64,000 bases of DNA from Candidatus Bathyarchaeota archaeon (GTDB taxonomy: Archaea; Thermoproteota; Bathyarchaeia; Bathyarchaeales; Bathycorpusculaceae): contig CAVZJV010000014.1 in assembly GCA_963775685.1 (NCBI GenBank), positions 2,176,001 through 2,240,000 of the forward strand, in the 5' to 3' direction. Positions 1 to 10,483 of this stretch are shown piece after piece. A program made the translations under genes and the position numbers. Below the pieces are notes generated by a model. The model did not search any database and was not told where the DNA came from. It saw only the letters and a list, made by a program, of their open reading frames with translations. The first letter of the stretch is position 1. Each line of letters starts with the position of its first letter.

Positions 1-701
1 GTGATGATCCGTCCCGGTGGAAGAGGGAAATGGAGGCAGAATGGGTTGAAGATGACAATGTCTGGTTAACACAGAGTTTGATTGCGTCCTGCATAGGCAC
101 AGTAAAGAATTGTAGCGAGAAGGTAGATGTATTCGATCCAGAGGTTTCCAAAGAAGGCGATTTTTTTGCCGGCTTAGACTTGGCTCAAACCAAAGACTAC
201 ACTGTATTCTCGGTAATAGAGCGCAGAAACGATACTCTTTATCTGCGTCACCTCAAAATCTTCAGTCAACCAACCAAATACGCCCCCGTTTTAGGCTACA
301 TTAAGGCTCTGCAGGATCGCTGGGGCGGCTTCGAACGAATCAGAGTGGATTTCACCCGTGAAGGCCCAAGCATCATAGCCGACATGGAAGCTGCTGGCAT
401 CGGTAACGCTGAGGGCGTCAACTTTAGTGTGCCACGCAAAAGTGAAATGGCCAGCGTGCTCAAGCAACGCATGGCTAATGGCAAGTTTTACTACCCGCTT
501 CTAAATTGGGAACGACCCTACCGAGGAGACATCTGCAGCGAACTAAACGTTGAACGCTACGAGCACCGCAAGGACGGAACCATAGGCTATTCACATCCTA
601 ACTGCACCCACGACGACGTCTTCTGGAGCATAGCGCTAGCCGTCTTTGCATCCATGCATATGGAGCCTAAACCATTCTTGGCAGTTATCCCCCGAAGCTA
701 A
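1..701 (+). CDS. Phage terminase large subunit, C-terminal RNase H-like nuclease domain (5' part outside window)
   Basis: Motifs REMEAEW, GLDLA..KDYTV, VDFT and HDDVFWSIALA are typical of TerL C-terminal domains; the frame is open to the window edge. Confidence 0.8.
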   Translation, partial: DDPSRWKREMEAEWVEDDNVWLTQSLIASCIGTVKNCSEKVDVFDPEVSKEGDFFAGLDLAQTKDYTVFSVIERRNDTLYLRHLKIFSQPTKYAPVLGYIKALQDRWGGFERIRVDFTREGPSIIADMEAAGIGNAEGVNFSVPRKSEMASVLKQRMANGKFYYPLLNWERPYRGDICSELNVERYEHRKDGTIGYSHPNCTHDDVFWSIALAVFASMHMEPKPFLAVIPRS

Positions 702-793
702 AGACCAATTTAGCGTCAAGAGATTTAAGTTTGAAACTCCGCCAGAAACTGCCTTCCGTCTCACTGGATTACGAACTCAAAGTTTGCTTGTGA

Positions 794-816
794 TGGAACC
801 GCTGGGACTCGAACCT
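794..816 (-). repeat. tRNA 3'-end-like fragment (possible att remnant)
   Basis: Reverse complement AGGTTCGAGTCCCAGCGGTTCCA = T-loop, T-stem and acceptor 3' strand, ~95 bp after the terminase. Confidence 0.45.
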
Positions 817-1171
817 AAGGTCGTCACATGCGCCCCAGACATGTATCTTAATCTATGCTATCGGTTGTTTGTAATGTCCATACTAATGAGGGTTTTAATG
901 CGATAAAAAAAGCAGAGGATTTTGTTCGTTGAGGATGAAGGATTAAGACCATTTGAGCGACAGAGCAGTTTTTAGAAGCACAAGACAGGCCACCACTGGT
1001 ACTGTGGATTCCTTCAAAAATATATCCCGGCGCAAAGTTTGTGTTCTTTGAAACCGGCGGATAGATGTTTGGTGATACCTAGATGATTTACAAAGTGAAA
1101 CGGGTCAGCTTTCTGCGAAAGAACAAAATAATTCCATAAAAGGAAAAGTTAGGGGGTTATCCGCCTCTTTT

Positions 1172-2115
1172 TTAATACTGGGTTACGACGCCGATTTTGG
1201 TAGCTAAGAGCTCGTAGCCCGCTGTCTTGAATGAAGACGCAACTTTGCCCTGCAACTCTTTACCCGGTGTCAACGCAATCATGCAGCCTCCGCCTCCGCC
1301 GCCTGTGAGCTTAGCCCCGAATGCGCCCTGCTTTCTGGCTAAGTCAACGAGGAGGTCGAGTTCTTTGCTCGATACCCCGATTTCTTGGAGCAGGCTATGG
1401 TTTTCGTTCATGAGATCACCGATTTTTTTTAGGTTGAAGAATTCCAAGGCAGCTCTGCCCTCGTAAGCTAGTTCTTCTGCTCGTTTGAAGATCTGGTTGT
1501 ATTTTTGGGGGTTTTTAAGTTTGCGTTCGGCTACCCCTTCAACCATAGCTTTGGTGTTGGCAACTTTGCCCGTGCTTCCGATGACGATTTCCACAGGCTC
1601 TTTGATGCTTAGAGGCTCAACTTTGTCGGGTCCTCCACCCATGTTTTTCTTAAACCACATCAGCCCCCATAAGTGGCTGCGGTGTTGTCGATGCCTGAAG
1701 GGTTACCCGCGTAAGCTTTCTCGGCTTCATAGGCAACTTGATTAATTTTTTCGTTAGCAATTTTCATCCCGAGTTCTTGGGCGATGGCACGTGCAATGGC
1801 AACGCTACTTGCCGCAGAAGCTCCAAGCCCACTGAAGCCTGGAAGGGTGCCGCCTACCCAGATGTCCAATGCGATTTTGGGGTCAATGCCCATGGCTTTT
1901 AGCATCCTCTCGATAGATTCAAGTTGCTGGAGCCTTTTTTCCTCGCTGTAGCCCTTAGCGGTTTTGCGCTCATCCTGAACGTTTATTCCTTTAGCAGCTT
2001 TTTTTACCTCTGCATCCGTTGTGGAATCAATGGCTGAAACGATTCCCGGCACACCATGAACGACGAAGTGTTCTCCAAACAAAATTACTTTTCCATAACC
2101 TGAACCTTTACCCAT
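1172..2115 (-). CDS. mvk: Mevalonate kinase (GHMP family), split by a 1-nt indel at ~1662-1668
   Basis: GKVILFGEHFVVHG, PGFSGLGASAA, GNPSGIDN and GAKLTGGGGGG motifs; the two ORFs join if a G5 run is G6 (YGG-LMW). Confidence 0.9.
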
Positions 2116-2377
2116 GTTGAACCACCATAATGGCTAGCTATTAACACAGACCTAATTAAAACATTTTTTACAGGATTTTTAATTGCCAAATTTTTTATTC
2201 AGTTTGATTCTGATAAATGTACTGGACTGGAAAGGCGCCTACAGATATTTTATTAGATTCAGAGTCTAAAAAAGAAAAGAAACGTAACCAAGCCATGTAC
2301 CGCTGGGATTTGATCTAACCGAACGTTTGCCTTATTAATTGGGAAAAGACAAGCAAGCCCGGTTAATAGGGAAAGTC

Positions 2378-2537
2378 TTTATAGGTTCTTGGGTGGTGGT
2401 GTTTTTTTAGGTTTTAGACCTTGTGTCATATTGCTTTTCTAGTAGGTAGGTTAACCAAACCCAGAATGCGAGCATTTAGGCGCATGTTAGGGTTTTCCGA
2501 AACCTAAAATAAGACCGTGACAAAAGTATAGCCACCT
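2378..2537 (+). promoter_or_regulatory. TATA box (TTTATA 2378-2383) and structured 5' leader of the eno-rps2-MEMO1 operon
   Basis: BRE/TATA GAAAGTCTTTATA; nested inverted repeats between 2405 and 2526. Confidence 0.4.
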
Positions 2538-2551
2538 GAGGTTAACTGTCC

Positions 2552-3808
2552 GTGTCATCCATTATCGAGGACCTCATTGCTAGAAAGATTTTCAACAACC
2601 GCGGAGAAGAAACCATAGAAGTCGACGTAATAACCGCTTCCGGGTTCGGAAGAGCAGGTGCGCCAGCAGGCAAAAGTCGCGGAAAAGCTGAAGTTGTCTA
2701 CTATCCACAGGGAGGCGTTGAAGCCGCCATCAAAAAAGTCGACGACCTGATCACTCCTGAACTCGCAGGGCTCAACGCAGATTTCCAAGAAGAAATCGAC
2801 AACACCCTCCATGAAATTGATGGGACAACAGATTTTAAGAACATCGGCGGAAACACTGCATTCTCTATATCTCTTGCCAACGCCGAAGCCGCAGCAAACA
2901 GCCACAGCTTGCTCTTGTTCCAGTTTTTGGGCGGAAACGCTGCAACAACTATGCCCTATCCGCTGGGTAACTGCATTAGCGGTGGAGCACACGCTCGAGG
3001 TGGCAAAACCCCCAGTATCCAAGAGTACCTTGCTCTACCGCATGGCGCTGAAAGCTTCCTTGAAGCACAAACCGCCAACACCCAGATCCACAAAAAAATC
3101 GAAACCTCGCTAAAAAAGAAAAGCACAACTTTTTCAGGTGGCAAAAGTGACGAGGGGGCCTGGATTGCAAACATCGACACAGAGGACGCGTTTGAAGTTA
3201 TCGCCAAAGCCTGTGAAGAAGTCGGTAACGAAATGGATTTTGAATGTGGGTTTGGCATAGATGTGGCCGCTTCCTCGTTTTGGAAGCCGAAAGAAGAAAA
3301 ATATGTTTACGAGATGGAGGGCAAAAAACGAGACACCTCCGAACAGCTTGAATTTATGCTAGAGTTAATCAAGAAATATCACCTTGCCTACGTTGAAGAC
3401 CCCTTCGACGAAGACGACTTTGACAGTTTCGCCGAGCTTACCCGCAAAGCCAAGAATTGCATGATCTGCGGAGACGATTTGTTCACGACTAATACTGAAA
3501 GGTTAAATAATGGAATTAAGATTAACGCTGGAAACGCCATCATAATCAAAGTCAACCAGATTGGCACCTTAACCGATGCAGCTGAAACAATAGAATTAGC
3601 TCAACGTCACGGTTATGATCCTGTTATGTCTCACCGTTCCGGAGACACCTGCGATTGGCACATCGCACATTTGGCAGTCGCCTATAAATGCCCCGTAATC
3701 AAAACAGGCGTTGTGGAAGGCGCGCGTATAGCCAAACTAAATGAGCTCATCCGCATCGAACATTTCCTTGGGAACCGAGCCAAAATGGCTGACCTAAAAA
3801 TACGCTAA
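2552..3808 (+). CDS. eno: Enolase
   Basis: GGAHA, DEG, DVAAS, EDPF, GDDL, IKVNQIG, SHRSG and KTG motifs. Confidence 0.95.
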   Translation: MSSIIEDLIARKIFNNRGEETIEVDVITASGFGRAGAPAGKSRGKAEVVYYPQGGVEAAIKKVDDLITPELAGLNADFQEEIDNTLHEIDGTTDFKNIGGNTAFSISLANAEAAANSHSLLLFQFLGGNAATTMPYPLGNCISGGAHARGGKTPSIQEYLALPHGAESFLEAQTANTQIHKKIETSLKKKSTTFSGGKSDEGAWIANIDTEDAFEVIAKACEEVGNEMDFECGFGIDVAASSFWKPKEEKYVYEMEGKKRDTSEQLEFMLELIKKYHLAYVEDPFDEDDFDSFAELTRKAKNCMICGDDLFTTNTERLNNGIKINAGNAIIIKVNQIGTLTDAAETIELAQRHGYDPVMSHRSGDTCDWHIAHLAVAYKCPVIKTGVVEGARIAKLNELIRIEHFLGNRAKMADLKIR

Positions 3809-3814
3809 GAGAAG

Positions 3815-4615
3815 ATGAATAGAATGTCTGAAGACCAAGTAAAAGAAAACCAACCAGTTGAAAACGAACCCACAGAGGAACCTGCCGAAGAAGAAATGGA
3901 AGAGGCTCCTCAAGAAGAAGTAGAGTCAACTGAAATCGTTACTGCTGAACCTGAAGCCGAAGCTGAGGAAGAAACTCAGGAAATGCAATCTCCAGAAGAA
4001 ACCCTTCTTTTACCCCGAGACACCCTGCTGTCCGCAGGCATCCACATCGGTACCCGAATGAAAACCCTCGACATGGAACCATTCATCTACCGTGTACGCC
4101 CAGACGGACTTTTCGTTTTGGACGTTAAAAAAACAGATGACCGAATAAGAGTTACAGGAAAATTCCTCTCACGCTACGAACCAGCACGAGTAGCAGTTGC
4201 AGCAACAAGGCTTTATGCACATGAACCTGTCAAAATGTTCTGCAAGCTTACAGGCGCAACACCCCTAATCGGCAGATTCATCCCCGGACAACTCAGTAAT
4301 CCACAGTATTCAAGCCGCATCGACCCAGAAGTTATCCTTGTATGCGACCCACGAGCTGATGCCCAAGCAGTCAAAGAAGCGTCCAAAGTCGGTATACCAA
4401 TCGTTGCCCTATGCAGCACTGACAACGAGTTTGCAGGCGTAGACCTTGTCATTCCAACCAACAACAAAGGCAGACGCGCCTTAGCAGTCGTATTCTGGTT
4501 ACTATCAAGACAAGTACTCCGAGAAAGAGGCGAACTAGGTCCAGACCGCGATCCGCCGGTAACTATTGAGGACTTCGAAGCTAAAGTGACGCGCGAAGAG
4601 GATGAGGAGCCCTAA
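3815..4615 (+). CDS. rps2: 30S ribosomal protein uS2 with acidic N-terminal extension
   Basis: LLSAGIHIGT, GRFIPGQLSNP, DPRADAQAVKEA and IPTNNKG motifs. Confidence 0.95.
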   Translation: MNRMSEDQVKENQPVENEPTEEPAEEEMEEAPQEEVESTEIVTAEPEAEAEEETQEMQSPEETLLLPRDTLLSAGIHIGTRMKTLDMEPFIYRVRPDGLFVLDVKKTDDRIRVTGKFLSRYEPARVAVAATRLYAHEPVKMFCKLTGATPLIGRFIPGQLSNPQYSSRIDPEVILVCDPRADAQAVKEASKVGIPIVALCSTDNEFAGVDLVIPTNNKGRRALAVVFWLLSRQVLRERGELGPDRDPPVTIEDFEAKVTREEDEEP

Positions 4616-4620
4616 GAACT

Positions 4621-5475
4621 TTGCCGTCGATTCGGCGTCCATATGTAGCTTCTCAATTTTATGAGGGCAACGCCGAAGCGCTCAGAGCACAAATCACCTC
4701 TTGTTTCCTCCACCCGATTGGTCCAAAAAAACTTCCCCAAATAAATTTTCATAGCCACCCTCGAAATATAGTGGGTTTGATTTGTCCACATGCAGGTTAC
4801 GTCTATTCAGGTCCCGTGGCAGCACATGCATTTTACGAGTTAGCTTTAGATGGCAAACCTGATACTGTCTTTCTTTTGGGTCCCAACCACTCAGGCTACG
4901 GTAGCGCTTTAGCGTTGATGCGCGAAGGAATCTGGCGAACACCTCTAGGCGATGTCGAAATTGATACTGCATTGGCGGACTCAGTGCTACATGAAACCAG
5001 CATCGTGGATGTGGATGAAACAGCCCACAAATATGAGCACTCACTTGAGGTGCAACTGCCTTTTCTCCAATTTCTCTACGGCAACTCATTCAAAATCGTG
5101 CCAATCTGCTATTTGATGCAGGATTATGATTCAGCAGTTGAAGTTGGACGCTCACTTGTGGAAGCTTTGGACGCAACAAACACCGTGATCATCGCTTCCT
5201 CCGATCTGACCCATTATGAACCAGCTAAAACAGCAGCTTCCAAAGACCAAGCGGCGCTCAAAGCCATAATAGATCTCGATCCAAAACGCTTCTATCAAAC
5301 CGTTGAAACCCAAAACATAACCGCATGCGGTTACGCGCCAATTACTTCATTAATTACTTATGCTCAAGGCGTGAGCACTAACGAGGTTACGCTTTTAAGC
5401 TACCACAACAGCGGTGACATCACAGGCGACTACTCAAGCGTAGTTGGATACGCAGCGTTGTGTTTCAAAAAATAG
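4621..5475 (+). CDS. MEMO1 family protein (AmmeMemoRadiSam protein B)
   Basis: CPHAGYVYSG, LGPNH, EHSLEVQLPFLQ, SSDLTHY and VVGYAA motifs; typical position after rps2. Confidence 0.9.
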   Translation: MPSIRRPYVASQFYEGNAEALRAQITSCFLHPIGPKKLPQINFHSHPRNIVGLICPHAGYVYSGPVAAHAFYELALDGKPDTVFLLGPNHSGYGSALALMREGIWRTPLGDVEIDTALADSVLHETSIVDVDETAHKYEHSLEVQLPFLQFLYGNSFKIVPICYLMQDYDSAVEVGRSLVEALDATNTVIIASSDLTHYEPAKTAASKDQAALKAIIDLDPKRFYQTVETQNITACGYAPITSLITYAQGVSTNEVTLLSYHNSGDITGDYSSVVGYAALCFKK

Positions 5476-5478
5476 CTT

Positions 5479-7802
5479 TTAGTTTGAAAATCGCAAACTA
5501 AATTTGGTGCCTTTCCCTCTTCACTCTCGATTGTAACGGTGTCGTTCATTGCCTCTGCCATGCGCTTAACGACTGCTAACCCAAAACCTTGTCCCTTAGA
5601 TTTTGTGGTCATCAAAGGTATGAATAGTTTACTGCGAAATTCTTCAGGGATACCTTCCCCTGTGTCTTCTATGTCAATTGTGATTTGGTGTTTTTGGAGA
5701 TAGGCCCTTATTGTGAGTTTTCCGCCTTTGGGCATGGCTTGAACAGCGTTTTGAATTAGGTTTACAAGAATTCGCTTTATCATGGTGGAATCGATGCTGA
5801 GAAGAGGAAGATTCTCGTCGGCTAAAACTTCAGTTTTTACAAAGGCGGGAATTGTTATCATTTCTAAGGCATTGTTGATTGCTTTGTCCACTTCTACTTG
5901 TTCTTTCTTTGGGTTTAGGGGTCTAGCGTAGTCTTGCAGGTCTGCCACAATTTTGTTGATGTAAACCAAGTTTTCTTCAATACTTTTTATGCTTTCCCCG
6001 AGGTTTTCTTTGCATTCGCTTTCGGCTAAAGAATTAATCTCAATCTTCTCAATGTAGAGTTCGTTTGTGATTGCTTGCAGCGGGTTGCGAATATCGTGAC
6101 CAACCATGCCTGCAGTCTGGCCAATCGCCGCCATGCGTTCAGCATCTTTGAGTTTTTTTGCCCTTTCCTCAGCTAATTCTTCCATTTGGGTAGCGAACTC
6201 TTCAACTTCCGTAGCTTTTTCCTCAAGCTTTCCCTGTAGCTCTTTTTGATTGTAGAGGGCTTTGGCGAGTTTGAGGTTTGCATGGCTTATTTTCGAGATG
6301 AACTCTGACATTCTAGAATAGAAGACCATTAGGTCTTGGATTTTTTCTCTGCTAAATCTCGGAATGCTATCAAATGCTGCCAAGTATTCTTCTTTGTTAA
6401 AACCGTATTTTTCGGCTTGGGCAATAAATAGGTCTCGGTCAACTTTTTCATCGTCAAAGAAGAATTGACCAAAGAAAACGTTAGCTACCTGTTTGTCGCC
6501 GATGAACAGCGGCGTAGATACATCCCAAATGTTGTTTTTGCATTTGTATAAACGGATTTCGCCGTTTACGAGTCCACTTGTAAGTTCAAGGTCGCTTTCT
6601 ATGCAGTTTTTGTATGTAGTCGGGTTAACTCGGTGGAATTTTGTGCAAATATCCTGCCAACCTGTGCCCACGAGCACGTTTCCTCTGAGGTCTACTAACG
6701 CAAAACCCATCTTTGTAACTGTGTAGAGGTGGTCCATAGTGGCCTGCAGTCTTGGCACATCTAATATGTTGGCTACTTCTTCTTCCGCCATTTCTACATC
6801 AGGAGAGAGTACAGAGTCCAATTTTAATTGTAAGCGTTCTTCGCTTTCTCTCAGTGCTTCTTCGGTGGCTTCGCGTTCCGTGATTTCTTTTTCTAGCTTC
6901 TGGTTTACCTGTGTTAGTTCTTCTGCATGATTTGCCAGTTTGGTTTCGCTTTGTTTTAGGTTTCGAAATAAGAGTTCGTAGGGTTTAGTGAGGCCAGTCT
7001 CGATTAAGGCCCTGTAGATAAAGTAGAATGATAGGACGTTAAGCAAGTGCCCCACTAAGTTCGCCACCCCGTAAACATCGGTATATAGAGTGAAAGCCAT
7101 TTCTGTTGCAACTGCCAATGCCATGGCAACTAACAGAAACTTGTAGATATCTGCGCTAAAGTCTCTGCGTTTTTTAATAAGTAAGCCGATGGACGCAATA
7201 ATCATTAGTGAGATGCCATATTCACTGCCTATCTTAAACGCCGTTAGGCTTAGAGAATTATTATCATATGCTACGGGAAAATTTTGCCAATAAAAAATTG
7301 AAGCCAGAATAAAAGCTGAAACTAAACTGTAACCAGCAACGATTAAACTTGGTTTTATTTTTCTTTGAGTAAAAAACAATGGAATTAAGAATGAGAAGCC
7401 AAGAACATATCTTGTGGCAATCCAAAGTTGAGTTGCGAGATTTGAGCCTACAAAACCTGGAAAAACTCCCATTCCCTTGTAGGCTAAAGTATGAAACACA
7501 TCCAATCCCACCACGAAGAGGAAAGCTACACCTATGAAAACCAGATAATTGTTGTCAATTAAATGTCTGCTGTTCCACGCTATGGCAAAAATGGCGAAGG
7601 CAATGACTATGCTAAAGATTTCTACAATGCTGTGGAAGAGCAGGTAGTTTTGACGACTTAAAAGGTAAAGTGCTATTAAACTCACTGCGCCACCGATGAT
7701 GACGACGATGTTTCGAAAGTGGACTGCCTTTTTAATGCGAATTGCATTTGGGGGTGGGTCTACTCTTTGTTCACTTCTGAGACCAGCATCTTTAGAAATC
7801 AT
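5479..7802 (-). CDS. Sensor histidine kinase: MASE3 membrane domain + PocR + HisKA + HATPase
   Basis: YLLFHSIVEIFS (MASE3), GWQDICTKFHR (PocR), HDIRNPL, NLIQNA, DTGEG and GFGL; likely 1-nt indel near 5512, true end GTKFSLRFSN* at ~5479. Confidence 0.85.
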
Positions 7803-7931
7803 CGCTTAATTTAAGATCTCCACGGCCAAATATTGTTGAATATAATTCCATTGTGATTTAAAAATATGATCAAAAATTATACAAAAATTTTTAACGAAAA
7901 TTCGAGCAAATCAGAAAGTGATAAGAAAATA

Positions 7932-8705
7932 CTATTTATATTTCTTTAAAGTTTTCTCAAAAAACACTTTGGTTTTGGAAATTTCTTCCATGGACGTTTT
8001 GCGTTCCAGCTCAAGCGTTATCGGACCGTCATAACCGTAGCCATACAGTTTAGAGAGGAACTCAATTAGCTCAGGAGTTTCTTTTGTGAAGGGTTTGTGG
8101 GCTTTGTTGGCCATATGAACATTGCAGACCCGCCTGCCATATACCTCAAGCAGATTATCCACTTCTTTAGTTTCTAATGCATGACATAAATCAAACGTTA
8201 TCCCCATTTCGTCATCTGGGTCTATTACCTCTAAGACTTCCTTTAGTTGTTCAACGCTCTTGCCAAATCCAGTTGATGTATACGACAAATTCTCCAAAGA
8301 CAACTTGATGCCGAGTCGTTTTGCAAACGGCTTGATCTCCCCGTTGAAAATTTCATTTAAACAACTTTCCCTGACGTTCCGTGGTAGCTTTTTAGAAATG
8401 TTCGAATGCACCGTCATAAGAGGTGCTCCCAGCACTCTGGCACATTCAAGAGAGATTTTGCCATAATAAATTGCTTGGTGAACCTCAATGGGGTCTTTAA
8501 CGTGGAGAACTGCTGAGTGAAGGGTTAGGCAATTGAGTCTAGAGGCAACGTACGCTTTCTGCTCCAGGTAAACATCTGTGTCATGTTCTTTTTTTATAGA
8601 TTTCATGTTAAACTCAATGTTTTCAAAACCAAGTCGTTTAACATTGTTAAAATTGTCTTGTATTCCCAGTTTGCTAAAAATTCCGTTGGATAGACTCAAC
8701 TTCAT
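7932..8705 (-). CDS. Sugar-phosphate isomerase/epimerase-like TIM barrel (AP endonuclease 2 family)
   Basis: GFENIE, LSLENL, TFDLCH, NVH and GYDGPITLE metal-binding pattern. Confidence 0.75.
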   Translation of the reverse strand: MKLSLSNGIFSKLGIQDNFNNVKRLGFENIEFNMKSIKKEHDTDVYLEQKAYVASRLNCLTLHSAVLHVKDPIEVHQAIYYGKISLECARVLGAPLMTVHSNISKKLPRNVRESCLNEIFNGEIKPFAKRLGIKLSLENLSYTSTGFGKSVEQLKEVLEVIDPDDEMGITFDLCHALETKEVDNLLEVYGRRVCNVHMANKAHKPFTKETPELIEFLSKLYGYGYDGPITLELERKTSMEEISKTKVFFEKTLKKYK

Positions 8706-8809
8706 GCGTTAGCCTCAGTTTTGGTTTTCTCTATTAACTGTAGCATCTTCGTTCTTTAATTGTTGTTTCGTTACATAAAGTTAAATTTCCAGACTTTCCT
8801 TTTAGCTTC

Positions 8810-9115
8810 ATGGTGCCAAGCGTGGAAGTTAAAATCCGCTTCTTCACTAACCTTCGTGAAATCGTGAACAAAAGAGAAGTAACTCTAAACTTTTCCGACA
8901 ATGTCAAGGTTACCGTGGACGTGGTTCTTAAAACGCTTTCCGACAAATATGGCAAACCCTTCATTGAATATGTCTACAACCAGGAAACGGGGCAGCCTAA
9001 GGCTTTTCTTCAGTTTCTTTTTAATGGAACAAGCATATCAAATCTGAATGGGTTAGAAACGGAGCTTAAGGACGGCGCCGTTTTAGCGGTTCTTCCGCCC
9101 GTCGGTGGCGGCTAA
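8810..9115 (+). CDS. MoaD/SAMP ubiquitin-like sulfur carrier
   Basis: Beta-grasp pattern (VKIRFFTNLRE) ending LPPVGGG. Confidence 0.88.
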   Translation: MVPSVEVKIRFFTNLREIVNKREVTLNFSDNVKVTVDVVLKTLSDKYGKPFIEYVYNQETGQPKAFLQFLFNGTSISNLNGLETELKDGAVLAVLPPVGGG

Positions 9116-9381
9116 AGTTGAAATGAAAGTTCGCTTGGTGCGCGGTGTCTTCATAAGAATTTATGTCTGCGCTGGGAAATCGTCAAACGTTCAACAATGA
9201 ACTCGTCTGCATTCAAAAAAAAGAAAGACTACTGAACAAGTGTAGCGTTGACAAACTCAAGCTCACAAGTCTACCAGTTGAACACTTGACTAAGTGGACG
9301 AATAATTCATATAATTTTTAAAGCACTGGAAACAAAAGTAGGCTTGAGGGAAAAAAAATTAAAGCTGCCGTACTAGCGCCT

Positions 9382-9849
9382 TTGTACCTTTCTATATCCT
9401 GGATTCTCACAGTAAGTTACCAACTGTTCACCGATACTGCTGTTAAGTCAGTTGCGTCTTATGCTAATTTGTGGCTCCCTTCTGCCGGCACATGGATAAA
9501 CTCAAATGTTCAAACACTAGTTTTTATCTATGCCTTCACGTGGATTTTTGTATTATCTTCAGTAATACCCTCAGCGATTCTTGGAAAACATAGAGGCGTT
9601 TTGGTTCAATACATTGTGGTTCTCATACTAACATTGTTGGCTTTCTTCATGGCAGATGTACTTCAAATAGTTGGAGGTATCCAGATAAACGACTTGCTTT
9701 CCGCTTCGAATATTCTCACTAACCCGATTTTAGCAATTGTCTACCTAGCAGTACCTTACATTTTCATGGTTGTCTTAGATTTCCGCTCCAGAAGGGCAGC
9801 AAGAGGCATAAAACAGTTCGACCATATAGTGCAAGAAGTCAGTAAGTAA
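9382..9849 (+). CDS. Hypothetical membrane protein (~4 TM)
   Basis: Alternating hydrophobic segments; the start may lie slightly upstream. Confidence 0.6.
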   Translation: MYLSISWILTVSYQLFTDTAVKSVASYANLWLPSAGTWINSNVQTLVFIYAFTWIFVLSSVIPSAILGKHRGVLVQYIVVLILTLLAFFMADVLQIVGGIQINDLLSASNILTNPILAIVYLAVPYIFMVVLDFRSRRAARGIKQFDHIVQEVSK

Positions 9850-9857
9850 GACGCATT

Positions 9858-10187
9858 TTATTTTTTACGTACGTTGCATTGGAGCACTTTGGGACAAACC
9901 AAGCATTCATCCGTACTTCCCGAAGGTGTATTGAGCAATCCGCTAAAATGTGTGCATTTGGCTGGCGAATCAAAAACCATTGGGTATTCTGTTGGTCTAA
10001 TGCCAACGATCTTCTCTTTAACAGTGTCTAACTCTAATCGAGACATGCAAAATGGGCAAGCATAATGCGTTTGGCGAGGCATAACAGAGTCATCTGTAAT
10101 CATCGTCGGCCTATCAAAGCGCTTCTCGCAGCCTTTGTAGGGGCATTGAAGCTTGTCATTTGAACTGTGAAAGTTGAAAAAACGCAT
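9858..10187 (-). CDS. Small Cys-rich Zn-binding protein
   Basis: CPYKGC..F, CPFC, CTHF, CLVCP..LQC. Confidence 0.65.
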   Translation of the reverse strand: MRFFNFHSSNDKLQCPYKGCEKRFDRPTMITDDSVMPRQTHYACPFCMSRLELDTVKEKIVGIRPTEYPMVFDSPAKCTHFSGLLNTPSGSTDECLVCPKVLQCNVRKK

Positions 10188-10289
10188 TACACTCAGCCTT
10201 TAAAAAAACGTGTCGCAAACTTTAATAAACCTTCCCGCAACGCACCCAAAATGCTGAGAATTACAACACAAATACACAAAAACCGAGAA

Positions 10290-10363
10290 AGCCTCGAGCG
10301 GGCTTTGCTCCCGCGGCCTGCTGCTTACGAGGCAGCCGCTCCACTGGGCTGAGCTATCGAGGC
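10290..10363 (-). tRNA. tRNA-Thr(CGT) with non-canonical D/T loops
   Basis: GCCTCGA acceptor, GCTC/GAGC D-stem, GCTGC-CTCGTAA-GCAGC anticodon arm, GCGGG-AGCAAAG-CCCGC T-arm, U73. Confidence 0.9.
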
Positions 10364-10483
10364 ATACAGCTGTCTTTAGCGTATTGAGTATATTTGGTAT
10401 TTTTAAATGTTGGTTTGGGTGTTGGCTGTGATTTTTGGGTGTTTATTTATTTGGTTGATTATCTGATTGTTTGTTGTTTATTG

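Noticed and set aside
1655-1672. Programmed frameshift or true split of mevalonate kinase (likewise egsA ~52190, TetR ~39230, kinase ~5512, TRAM ~20605, flavoprotein ~35285)
   Set aside because: Most breaks are single-base indels in short homopolymers, hit essential lipid genes, and share no slippery or structural signal; best explained as sequencing or assembly error (confirm with reads)
5430-5478. Convergent overlap of the histidine kinase with MEMO1
   Set aside because: Artefact of an indel in the kinase's GKGT motif; the corrected frame stops at ~5479
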